Origin: Neoechinorhynchus agilis
Taxonomy: Eukaryota; Animalia; Acanthocephala
Assembly: GCA_051530055.1 (NCBI GenBank)
Contig: CM121341.1
Coordinates: forward strand, 186,001-250,000
DNA length: 64,000 nt
Direction of reading: 5' to 3'
Shown here: piece by piece, positions 53,920 through 63,481 of the stretch
Position numbering within the stretch: position 1 is the first letter of the stretch
How the letters are laid out: each line of letters begins with the position of its first letter
Notes under the pieces: model-generated
Told to the model about the DNA's origin: nothing
The model's input: the letters and a program-made list of their open reading frames with translations, nothing else
The model's database searches: none
Program-made: the position numbers and the translations under genes

Positions 53920-56900
53920 GAGCTACATTTATTCAAAGAAAAAAAATTACAAGCTTCTCGTAATCGACATCATTTTATTATTATTAGTTCCGGTTGTTAA
54001 TTATTGCTCAACTTATTTGTCTTCTCTATTATATTTTGTTGAAGGATAGTTAGCTGTCCTTCCTTATCTTGGTATTTTCAATTTTTGAGCATAAATCGTC
54101 TTCCGCAGAAGGCGTGAAAGACGCGAATGGACTGTTCCGCCGCCGTCCTTGCCATGTTGATAGCAGTCTTTGTCCCTAGAGAGAGTATACGAAGGCGGTT
54201 TAAAAGTTCCGCACTAAATGTTCCTCTTGATCCTACTGCAATGCCTATGGTCGAGACTTTATGTTGAGGAACTTTATACTTTTCAGCGACACTTGATATA
54301 ATCGACCTATATTTTTCTTCCTTGTGAGTCATTACTTCATCGGCACGTTTTAAACTAGTTTCATAATAAACGGCAACGTCTAGAATGTATACCTTGTCGG
54401 TGTCCCGCTGACGAAGGATAAGGTCAGGTTTATATAGTTGTCCTTCACTGTCGTGGAACTTGTTTTCACTTGAGACGTCAAACTGTGTACCATATTTGTT
54501 TTTAATAGCCCAAATTAATCGTCCCTGAACTTTATCGTGGCGCCAGGTCATAGGAATCGATGATGCATCGCACGCGTTGAGTACATGTGCACACATCTCT
54601 GCCGTTGCTGTGCAGTGCCTGCATCCTTTTGTGCGCTGTTTATCCATCCGACTTAAAACGGTGCCCACTTCCAATAGTTGTAAACGCAGCTTCACTTGCT
54701 CAACATAGGAACTGTGGTATCCCTGTCTGTATCTAAACGTAATCAAACTTCGGTCGAATTTACCACCGGCGAAGCACTCAATACCCGTTCCTTGGGTTGT
54801 CGTAGCCTTCCAATGTTTTAGGCAGTCCTCAGCAAAGCTGTCATGACAGATCAGTTCCCTACGTTCCTCATTTTTACGTATATCGATGCTTATACTGTTT
54901 GAGCCCATGTCAAGTGATTTGAGCTCTTTTTCCATATCTACTTGATTTCCGTACTTATTTAAAACTGCTCGAATTGCTTTAATTCTGGCATTCCTAATTT
55001 CATGAGCTATGGAACGAAATCCCAAACCGCCTTTCGATAAAGGCAAATAGAATGCCCCGTCATTTACGTAGCGAGGTAGGTCTAGCAATTTTTTAATTCT
55101 TGAGCGCCATTGCTCGTCTATGCGAGCAAGGCTAGTAGCAGAGACATCCCAAGCAGCGTTCAACCTACCCAGTAAGCGAGGAACCCCATAATCATTAAGC
55201 AAATGAGCTGCTTGCGTCCTAGTGAGCTGAGCAGTTTTTACCTGTGCGAAAAGCCTATTCAATTCGAAGAGCGCTTCTTCTAGTGTAGTATCTTTCCACG
55301 GCGTTCCCCCGGGGTACCTAATGGGATCGCCTTCCAACACGGCAGCTTATTTAACGCCCCCAATGCTTACCTCTGATTTATAATCGACGACCAATGTGCC
55401 GCGTTTGAAGGTTTGTCGATAGGTAACGCACTTTTCTGGGCATAGCATAAGTTGCATCTTGCTCAACGTTTCTTGTAATACATCGATCATTCTTTGCAGG
55501 TTCGGGTAGTCGTCAGCAACCAGAAGAATGTCGTCCGCATATACCAGATGAGATATACGAACGTCCGTTTTTAGTTTAACTCCAAGGTTAAGTTGTCTGA
55601 CTTTCTGTAATGCTTCGTCCAGAACTAAAGCGAAAACAAAAGGAGAGAGCGGGTCTCCCTGCCTAACTCCTCTTCGAAAACTTATGGGTTCGCTTGGTTT
55701 GCAGTTATTCATTCGTATTCTTGTTCGACTCGAACTGTATGACTTCAAAATATATCTATGTAAGTATCGAGGGCATCCTTTTGAGCGAAGAGCCGCGTCA
55801 ATATCGTGGTGCGAGACGGTATCGAACGCGCTCTTGATATCTAATATGGCCACTGCCGCAGGTTCCTTAGCGTTCCTTTTTTCTCTTAGCAAGCACTTGA
55901 GGACAAGGAGGTTGGCCATACAGGCTGATGGGTCAAAAGCTGTTTGGCCCTCATCGATGTTGCACGTTGCCCGGATCCTCTTCAAAATAATACGGTGAAA
56001 TATCCGCATTAGAATAGAAGATATGGTAATTGGACGCCACCCATCTTGTGTGCGTAGCTTTCCGGGAGGAGCACTTGGTTTAGGAATCAAAATTGTTTTC
56101 GACTCCAACCATGATTTAGGAGCCTCGCCGCATTGTAGCACATAATTGAATAGAAGGTTCATCCCAATGAGAAGAGGGTCGAAAGTCCGTATGTCTCTAA
56201 TACTTATTCTGTCGGGACCTTGTGCGCTAGAAGCTTTGATACAATCGAGTGCCTCCTTTACCTCATCGACGGAGACGAGTGGAAATGGGTCTACTCCTGG
56301 ATACCTATCTGTCATGCACGAACTTCCATGCGACGTGTCAAGTGAAGTACCACCTTCAAATAGGTTGCGATAGTGCGAAACTGTATCTTGGAACTCCAAT
56401 GGACAATTAACCCTGTCAGCACTTTTAAAGACTTCATTTGCCAGCTTCGACGTATTGGAGAAGTAAAGTGCTCTGTTTCGTCTTTTGTCAAGCTCTCGAT
56501 TATGGGCCTTTGTCAGACCTCGGCAGCGAGTGCATGGATAGATACTGCCTTCGTCGGCCCAGACACAAAAGACGTTCGCCCCAGTTCCCGGACAGAGGAT
56601 ACGACGCACTTTGTGATCATCCGGACTGTAGACCAACCAATCGCAAGAGTACGCAGATGCGGCAGCAAACAAAGCGAAAATTGGAGAGATTACTCTGCCC
56701 AAGAGAAAACCGTTCAGATGGTCTTCTAGGGAAATGTTGGCGTCTGGAACATTATTAGCTATCAAACGATAGTATCCTATATTACTGTTAATCTCACTGA
56801 CCAATTTTTCAGAGACTTTCTTCCATCGTGCTGGGTTTCGGTAGACATGGTACGCGATCGCGCAAAGCGATTGTGTTGCACCTCTTCTCAATTTGATTAT

Positions 56901-58692
56901 TCTAAGGCCGGCTTGTCTGGCTTTCGAGACTTCGGGACTCACCTTACTGCGTCCGCATCTTAGGTAATCTTCATACCGTGTAGCAGCCATCTCGACAAAG
57001 CCTTTATCGATCGGTCCTTCTGAATGGCGTAAGACGTTGCGCTCCGTTTCCAGATAGAACCTATATCGGGGGTGAAGGCCATTCTTTTTAAGAGACTTCA
57101 CGACGCCCTCATAAGCCTCTTCGATACTAAATTGTGATTCATTTCTCTCTCCATGTTCAATTAGTGTATCGCCTGTCGAAAAACTGGACGCCAAAGAATC
57201 GGGACGTCGCACCCAAGGAGTCGACAACTCTTCACTGTTTTCAAGCCAAATGTGCGCTGCAGACGCGACAGAATCGAAAAGCCGACTCGAGATATTCCAC
57301 GACTCGTGTGGCGAAGTGGAAGTAGGACCTTGCAGCACCTCTACGAACTCACGAAGGTGACCTGCAGACGGCACAAAGCCGACCGGCGGGCAGGACAGCT
57401 CAAGGCTCCCCACACCCTGCTCAGCAGCATCGCGCGCATGTGTACTGGGGTCGCGACCGTCAGACAAATGAGTCCCGTCCCCGGAATAAATGTGTTTTTT
57501 CCGTGCTGGGGAGGCTTGCACTACGAGAGACAACGGCATCCTCTTCGGGGGCATAAATATCCGGTCTTTCCGCGTGCTCACTGACACAGTAAGTGGTCCT
57601 ATCGCAAAATAAACCGTCTTTCCTTTCTTGGGCTTCACTTGTTGTTACCCCAGTGTCCGCGTCTTTTACCTTAACTCGCTTAAAGCACTGTGAATAATGC
57701 GCTCTGGCGGAGTAAATCGAAGCAGTGGAGTGGGTGTTACAGAGGGCGCAAATATACGTGATACTCTTCGCCAAATGGCATACTCTAAGGTGGTTTTCCA
57801 GAGAATTGTACTGCCCACGACCCAAAATTTTTTCATCGCAGCTCGGGCAGACGGCTGGTGAAGTTCCCCTGCGTAGGTAATTGCGGCCTCATTGAGCACT
57901 GGAAAGGTTTTGTTACCCTCCTCAATTTTTCTCAAGATCTCTCTATATGCAGAGACATTAAGAATCTTGCATTGGCGAGTATGCGCTCCAACTCTTCCTG
58001 GGGCTGCGCTCCGAAAATTGTTGCAGATTTTACACACCCATGAGATTGGCCCTCGCGCATGACTTTCTTTCATATGCTCAAGAAAGAGACTGTGCCTCGT
58101 TCTGCCCATAGCCTGAAAATTGCACAGAATACATTCTAAGTTATTTTCGGCCGTGATCGGATAACCAACTTCGATCATCGAGAGAGCAGGAGTCTCGCGG
58201 TCTATTGAGGAACTCATAAGAACTGGATAAAAGCTTAAAATAAAATAAAACTGTTATTAATTATCTAAAATCTACGAGAAATTCCTATCGGAGACCCTAT
58301 TAAATTGATAAAATACGTAAATAAAATTTCTAAATCACGTCACAGAAACACGGAAGAAGCGTCGAAAAAAACTGCGTCTCGCTGAAAGACGAAGCAAATC
58401 TCGCGGACTTAAAAAACGTGTTTAGGGGTGTCAATAACCCCCAGGAGCGACTTTAAATTAAAAATAAAGATAACTTTTGGGAGCGTGAATTGGCACGGGT
58501 TAAAAGGGCTGTGCTCTGCGAACGACGTAGACAGAAGAGCTCAGACCCCGTCGAGTTAGATAACCACGTGACGCTCTATCAAAAGCACTTCAATTACTTG
58601 TCGCTTAAGATTTTAAGTCCGGCGAAGATCTTTTTAAAATTTGAAAGCGGCAGATGTTGATATCTTTTGATGATAGATGGAAGTTACGTGCA
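53920..58692 (-). mobile_element. R2-like element B, full length, frameshifted
   Basis: ORF pieces 57666-58217, 57460-57825, 55347-57638 and 54078-55340 contain four zinc fingers, RQGDPLSP, YADD, CRHC...HVLNAC and KPDL...LDVAV...KEEKY. The 3' end abuts TAGCC. About 470 nt of putative 5' UTR precede the ATG at 58217. Frame breaks lie near 57865, 57630 and 55345. Confidence 0.93.
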
Positions 58693-58707
58693 ATGCTGTT
58701 TTTTTTC

Positions 58708-58858
58708 AAAAATGGAAGGTTTGTAGGCTTCCCCTGGCTGCTGCATTGGCCATGTAGATTGCTGTTTGCCGGTTTAGGCCAAATTTTGCTAAGCGGTTGA
58801 GAAAGGTTGTTGAGAAAGATCGTCGTGACCCGATACGAATTCCAACTGTAGACCTGAA
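58708..58858 (-). mobile_element. Second copy of the family X tail, also truncated at its 3' end
   Basis: Identical by eye to about 53519-53669, with the same junction to 28S. Confidence 0.85.
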
Positions 58859-59075
58859 TCACTGAATAAGTAAAGAAACAATGATGGTAGTGGTATTTCA
58901 CCGACGCGGCCTCCCTCCTATTCTACGCCCATCATGTTTCTTCACAGAGACTGACTAGAGTCAAGCTCAACAGGGTCCTCTTTCCCCGCCGTTACTCTCC
59001 AAGCCCGTTCCTTTGGCTGTGGTTTCGCTAGGCTGCAGACAGGGACAGTAGGAATCTCAATAATCCATTCATGCA

Positions 59076-59107
<32 letters not shown>
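58859..59107 (-). rRNA. 28S rRNA fragment (249 nt) starting exactly at the R2 insertion site
   Basis: Same sequence as 53670-53919 except GTTCCTTTGG versus GTTCCCCTTGG on the plus strand. Confidence 0.96.
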
Positions 59108-59251
59108 GAGTCGTATTTATTAGACGATTTCAAACAAATAATTTACACATTCTTTTCAATCATTGGCTTGGGTTGGTTTCTTTGGTTTTCTTGCTTTTTT
59201 TGTTGCTCGTAGTTTCTTTTCTTTTTTTTTCCAATTGTAACTGTTGATCGG

Positions 59252-62200
59252 CTAACGCAGTGACCAAGTGTGGCCCATAAAGTTGTTAAAAACTTGGATT
59301 GATTTATCGGCTGCTGTTTTGGCCATATTTACCGCAGTCTTTTCCGATAGGTTGAACACGCGTAATCGTCTTAGTAATTCGGGCGTGTATGTGCCTCGGC
59401 TTCCAACTGCCAATCCGATTGTTATTACGTCATGCTGTTTTAGATTGTACAGGGTTGCCACTTGCTCCGAGATAGGTTTATATTTAGCTTCTTTTTCTGC
59501 CATAATATTTTCGCCTCGGTCTCTTGTAGTCTCATAGTAGACCGCAAAATCAATGATGGTTGCTTTCTTTTGTTGTCGATCAATGAGGAGGAGATCTGGT
59601 TTATATAGTTGCCCTTGTTTATCATGTATACGGTTCTCGGTGTGAATCTCCCACCGAGAGCCCCATCGCTTCTGTAGAGCCCATGTGAAGCGTCCTTGGA
59701 CCGCATCATGACGCTCTACCATTTTGGTTGTGCTTTTCGGGCATAGATTCAGGACATGCAGTTGTGTCTCGGCTGGTGCCGTACAGTGCCTGCACATCTT
59801 ACTTCTGGCTTGGTCCATCCTTGAAAGATTTGTTGCGACCTCCAGCAGTTGATACCTCATTTTTACCCGCATTGTGTAATTGTGGTGGTTGTCCTGACGG
59901 TATCGAAAGTTTAGCTCGGAATGATCAAAAAGTCCTCCTGTGAACGAGTTTATTCCCAGAGATTGAGTAGATGCGTCTTGCCACTTTTTTTCCAGATATT
60001 TTGCATAAATATTCTTCAGGTTCTCGACTGTGAAATCGACCAATGACCCAGCGATGCTTATAAAATATTCTTCGAGATTTTTATAAAAACGTTGATCTTC
60101 GTCCAACTCACAATAATGTGATTTTGCTGCGATGTAAGTCTTCACTCTTGAACTCATAACAGAGTGTTTAATGGACGAAAAACCAAGACCTCCCTTGCAT
60201 AGTGGTAGGAATAATACCCCATCGTTTAAAAAATGGGGCAGAAATAAAAGCTTCTTTAGTTTTGTCCTCCAGAGCTGTTCAATCTTGTTTAAGGAGGTTG
60301 GCGAAATGTCGTGTGCCGCTTGTAATCTTGAGACGAGGCGCGGGAGTCCATAATCATTTATCAAGTGAGCTGCTTGTGTCGGACTTAGGCCAGCCGCCTT
60401 TGTTTCCTCGAAAAGTCTTAATAGTTCCGCCGACATTTCTTCTATATTGGTGGGCTTCCATGGTGTACCGCCCAGATATTTAATGGGATCTCCGTCTATT
60501 ATTGTGTTTAGTTTCGCTTCCCCAATGTAAGCAGTTGGCTCTCTCTCGACGACCAGTTTGTTATAAACATACCGTTGGTTGTAAGTTCTGCATTTGTCAG
60601 GCGATAGTTTTAGTCCCTTCTTAGAAAGTCTTTTATTCATGGCGTCAATCATTCGCTGCAGGTCCGTCATGTTGTCCGCAAGTAGGAGAATGTCGTCCGC
60701 ATACACTAGCTGGCTTAAGCGGCCGCTTCTGGTTGAGCACCCCAACCCTAGTTCGTCGACCTGTCGCAGGACATCGTCAATGCAGAGGGCAAAAACGAAA
60801 GGCGAAAGTGGGTCTCCCTGTTTCACGCCGCGATGAAACTTAATTAAGTCCGATGGTCTTGAACTAGGGAGGTGGAGCCGGGTGTATGAAGTACTGAACA
60901 CCTCCATCAGATACCGCCGCATGTATATTGGGCAGTTGTGCGCAACTAGTGCATGGTGTATTGTGTCATGGCTTACCGAGTCGAAGGCAGATTTGATGTC
61001 GAGAACTGCCAATGCGATTTGCTTCCTATCCGATCTCTTCTTTTTCAGCAAATCCCTCAATATGAGGAGATTTGAATTGCACGCTGCGCTGTCAAACGCC
61101 GTCTGGCTATCATGCAAACTGCAGCATTGTCTTAATCTTTCCAGGATAACCCGATGCACAATGCGGAGTAGAATGGATGATATTGTGATCGGTCTCCAGC
61201 CGGACATTGAATTCAAAGATTCATTATTCATCCCATTTTTCGGAAGCAAAATGGTCTTGTTTTGTAGCCAGGACCTTGGAGGAGAGCCCACTTGCATGAC
61301 GGAATTGACCAAGATTGTGAGCCCAACAAGGTGCTTGTCGAAAGCACGAATTTCCCGAAGTGTGATCTTATCGGGACCGACGGAACTGTTTGACTTTATG
61401 GCACGAATCGCAGCTTGTAATTCCTCCACGGTTACAGCTGGCCATAATTCCTCCAGCGCAAATGATTCACGCGAACCGGAGTCGGCAGACATACGAGTCG
61501 TGACCTGGAAATCTTCGAGCAGTGACCGTAAGTGTTTAACACATTCCTGTTGCGGTATAGAAGGCTGGCGGTTTTCATCCGATTTAAATATCAAGTTAGC
61601 AAGTCGACTTGTGTTGTTGAAATATAGGGCGCGGTATCGTCTTTTAACAAGATCATTTGACTGTTTCGAGTTCAGGCCTCGAGAACGCTCGCAGGGATAA
61701 GTTCCAGAATCGTCGATCCAGACGTTAAATGATGAAATGGAGACCGTTCGAGATCGGATTCGAATTGGGGCATCATCGTTTGTTGTATAAACTACAAAAT
61801 CACATTGATAAGCAGTCGCTGCGGCCCAAAGAATGAAATGAACTGACAGTTCGTTGTCCCTTTTAAGAGCATCAAGAATGTCATTTAATGATAGATTTGC
61901 GTCCGGTAGCATTTTGACTACATGCTCAAAATATTGGCGTTCACGAAATACAGAGTCCAAAATGCGATCCTTAACTCTCCTCCATTGTGTAGGGTTCCTG
62001 TGAACGTGAAAGGCGACGGTCGCTAGTGCCATTGTTGAGTTTTGTTTCAGCTTAACAATTTTGAGGCCGAGACTGCGCGCGCGGGACATTGCTGGGCATT
62101 CGAGAGATCTTTGCCGCCCGATTTTTAGGTACAATTGATATCGCTCGTTCATTGAATCGATAAATTCCTGATTAATTGGACCGGTTTGATTGCGTAGAAC

Positions 62201-63403
62201 GTCAGATTCATTGCTCAGAAAAAAGCGGTACCGTGGATGAATATCCGGTCGTTGAAGATAATTAAGAACAAATTCATGTCCTTCCTGTGCTGTAAACACA
62301 CATGCCCCAATATGGGGTGTAGGCACCTGATGCAGGTTAACACGATCACTCGGTTTACAAATTCTTGAGGTAGATGATTGAGTTGAGGTAGTAATAGAAT
62401 TCGAGGCAGTTCTTTGTGGTGTGATTTTAATATTTGATGGACCGTTATTGCGTTGAGCGTCATTGTAAACAGGATTAGTAACAGTCACCTCCTGCAGAAC
62501 ACAACCATTCGAATCGTCGCCCGTTCGGCGTGTCTTCTTAGGCGAGTGTTGTGAAATGTTATCTCCTTGATCTGGTAGCCCTGATAGTCGTTTCCGAGAG
62601 ATTATGTTGAGCGCTTCTGAGGTGTAGCGGTTTGAATTGAGGCAATTTTCTGATTCCTCCGGTTTGTACGAAGATTTTAAGTCCCTATCTTTGGAAACAG
62701 ACTTACAGTGTGTAACGTGGGAACGAATAGCTGGAAGTGCATCGTATTGAACAGCGCACGCTAGGCATTGAAAGGCTGTCGAATTTGATCTGTGGACGTT
62801 CTCCAAATGGCTGACAAGAGTGTTATAACGTCCTTTTCCCACGAGCGAAAGTTCGCATGCCGGACAAGCAGCTGGATCGTCCTCTCCTGATTTGTATAAA
62901 ATGATTGCGGTTGGTGCCGGATTGACATTAGCATGAGGATTCACAGAACTTAAAACCATGTTTCTAAATATTTCAGGTTGGATTGCTTTGCATCGTCGGA
63001 AATGTAGTCCAACACTCCGAGATTCGCGATGCTCAAAACTGTCACAAATGGGACACACCCAAATCACCTCCGCGTATTCATGGGCCCCATGGAGGTGTGC
63101 GAGTAGCAGCTTGAACTTTGACTGTCCAACGCATCCGAGACTACATACCGGGCAAAGAAGCATGTTGGTTTGATCGATTGGATAGCGAATTCTTATTGTT
63201 TTGTCTGCTGGATTATTGTTACTCGGTCTTTGGCCACACTTGGTTTGCTGTTGTTTGCTCATTCGATGATGTTGCTGTTGCTGTTGGTCTGAACGATGAG
63301 CGTCATCTAAAGATGAGCGCTTAGCAACCGATGGACGCGGGGCCACTAATGACTCCGAATATTCGTCGATGATTTTCTGGGTAGATTTTTGCGAGGAAGT
63401 CAT
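59252..63403 (-). CDS. R2-type protein: zinc fingers, Myb-like, OTU-like, reverse transcriptase, CCHC knuckle, PD-(D/E)xK endonuclease
   Basis: Uninterrupted ORF. The track starts at a GTG (63415); the first ATG is at 63403. Motifs: GPDKIT, WRPITI, LDIKSAFDSVSH, GVKQGDPLSP, YADD (60692-60703), KYLG, CRHC...HVLNLC, KPDL...IDFAV...KEAKY. Confidence 0.97.
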   Translation of the reverse strand: MTSSQKSTQKIIDEYSESLVAPRPSVAKRSSLDDAHRSDQQQQQHHRMSKQQQTKCGQRPSNNNPADKTIRIRYPIDQTNMLLCPVCSLGCVGQSKFKLLLAHLHGAHEYAEVIWVCPICDSFEHRESRSVGLHFRRCKAIQPEIFRNMVLSSVNPHANVNPAPTAIILYKSGEDDPAACPACELSLVGKGRYNTLVSHLENVHRSNSTAFQCLACAVQYDALPAIRSHVTHCKSVSKDRDLKSSYKPEESENCLNSNRYTSEALNIISRKRLSGLPDQGDNISQHSPKKTRRTGDDSNGCVLQEVTVTNPVYNDAQRNNGPSNIKITPQRTASNSITTSTQSSTSRICKPSDRVNLHQVPTPHIGACVFTAQEGHEFVLNYLQRPDIHPRYRFFLSNESDVLRNQTGPINQEFIDSMNERYQLYLKIGRQRSLECPAMSRARSLGLKIVKLKQNSTMALATVAFHVHRNPTQWRRVKDRILDSVFRERQYFEHVVKMLPDANLSLNDILDALKRDNELSVHFILWAAATAYQCDFVVYTTNDDAPIRIRSRTVSISSFNVWIDDSGTYPCERSRGLNSKQSNDLVKRRYRALYFNNTSRLANLIFKSDENRQPSIPQQECVKHLRSLLEDFQVTTRMSADSGSRESFALEELWPAVTVEELQAAIRAIKSNSSVGPDKITLREIRAFDKHLVGLTILVNSVMQVGSPPRSWLQNKTILLPKNGMNNESLNSMSGWRPITISSILLRIVHRVILERLRQCCSLHDSQTAFDSAACNSNLLILRDLLKKKRSDRKQIALAVLDIKSAFDSVSHDTIHHALVAHNCPIYMRRYLMEVFSTSYTRLHLPSSRPSDLIKFHRGVKQGDPLSPFVFALCIDDVLRQVDELGLGCSTRSGRLSQLVYADDILLLADNMTDLQRMIDAMNKRLSKKGLKLSPDKCRTYNQRYVYNKLVVEREPTAYIGEAKLNTIIDGDPIKYLGGTPWKPTNIEEMSAELLRLFEETKAAGLSPTQAAHLINDYGLPRLVSRLQAAHDISPTSLNKIEQLWRTKLKKLLFLPHFLNDGVLFLPLCKGGLGFSSIKHSVMSSRVKTYIAAKSHYCELDEDQRFYKNLEEYFISIAGSLVDFTVENLKNIYAKYLEKKWQDASTQSLGINSFTGGLFDHSELNFRYRQDNHHNYTMRVKMRYQLLEVATNLSRMDQARSKMCRHCTAPAETQLHVLNLCPKSTTKMVERHDAVQGRFTWALQKRWGSRWEIHTENRIHDKQGQLYKPDLLLIDRQQKKATIIDFAVYYETTRDRGENIMAEKEAKYKPISEQVATLYNLKQHDVITIGLAVGSRGTYTPELLRRLRVFNLSEKTAVNMAKTAADKSIQVFNNFMGHTWSLR

Positions 63404-63416
63404 AGTTACGTCCACC
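63314..63416 (-). ncRNA. Candidate HDV-like self-cleaving ribozyme overlapping the start of the element A ORF
   Basis: GGTGGAC (63416-63410) can pair with GTCCATC (63336-63330), which is followed by GG, TT and GCTAA. This order matches P1, P1.1 and J4/2 of R2 ribozymes. The P3/L3 segment is shorter than canonical. Confidence 0.45.
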
Positions 63417-63450
63417 GTTTACCCGCGCTTAAATTAATTTCTTCACTTTA

Positions 63451-63481
<31 letters not shown>

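Larger units (their letters stand above)
59108..63416 (-). mobile_element. R2-like element A, full length and intact, inserted at the 28S R2 site
   Basis: Upstream flank is 28S (...AAGCGCGGGTAAAC) and downstream flank is TAGCCAAATGCC. It has a single long ORF, a 144-nt A-rich 3' UTR and no poly(A) tail. Confidence 0.97.

Noticed and set aside
53503-59133. Track ORFs MKYHYHHCFF... (two copies) and MKSSNKYDSSQMPRHLIS...
   Set aside because: They are translations of 28S rRNA and its junctions. The real coding remnant (family X) is in another frame.
50855-61700. Plus-strand ORFs of 60-272 aa opposite the RT regions
   Set aside because: They are antisense shadows of the RT coding sequence with no recognisable motifs.
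63245-63290. Short CAG/CAA glutamine run in the element A N-terminus
   Set aside because: Ordinary low-complexity linker of only five codons.
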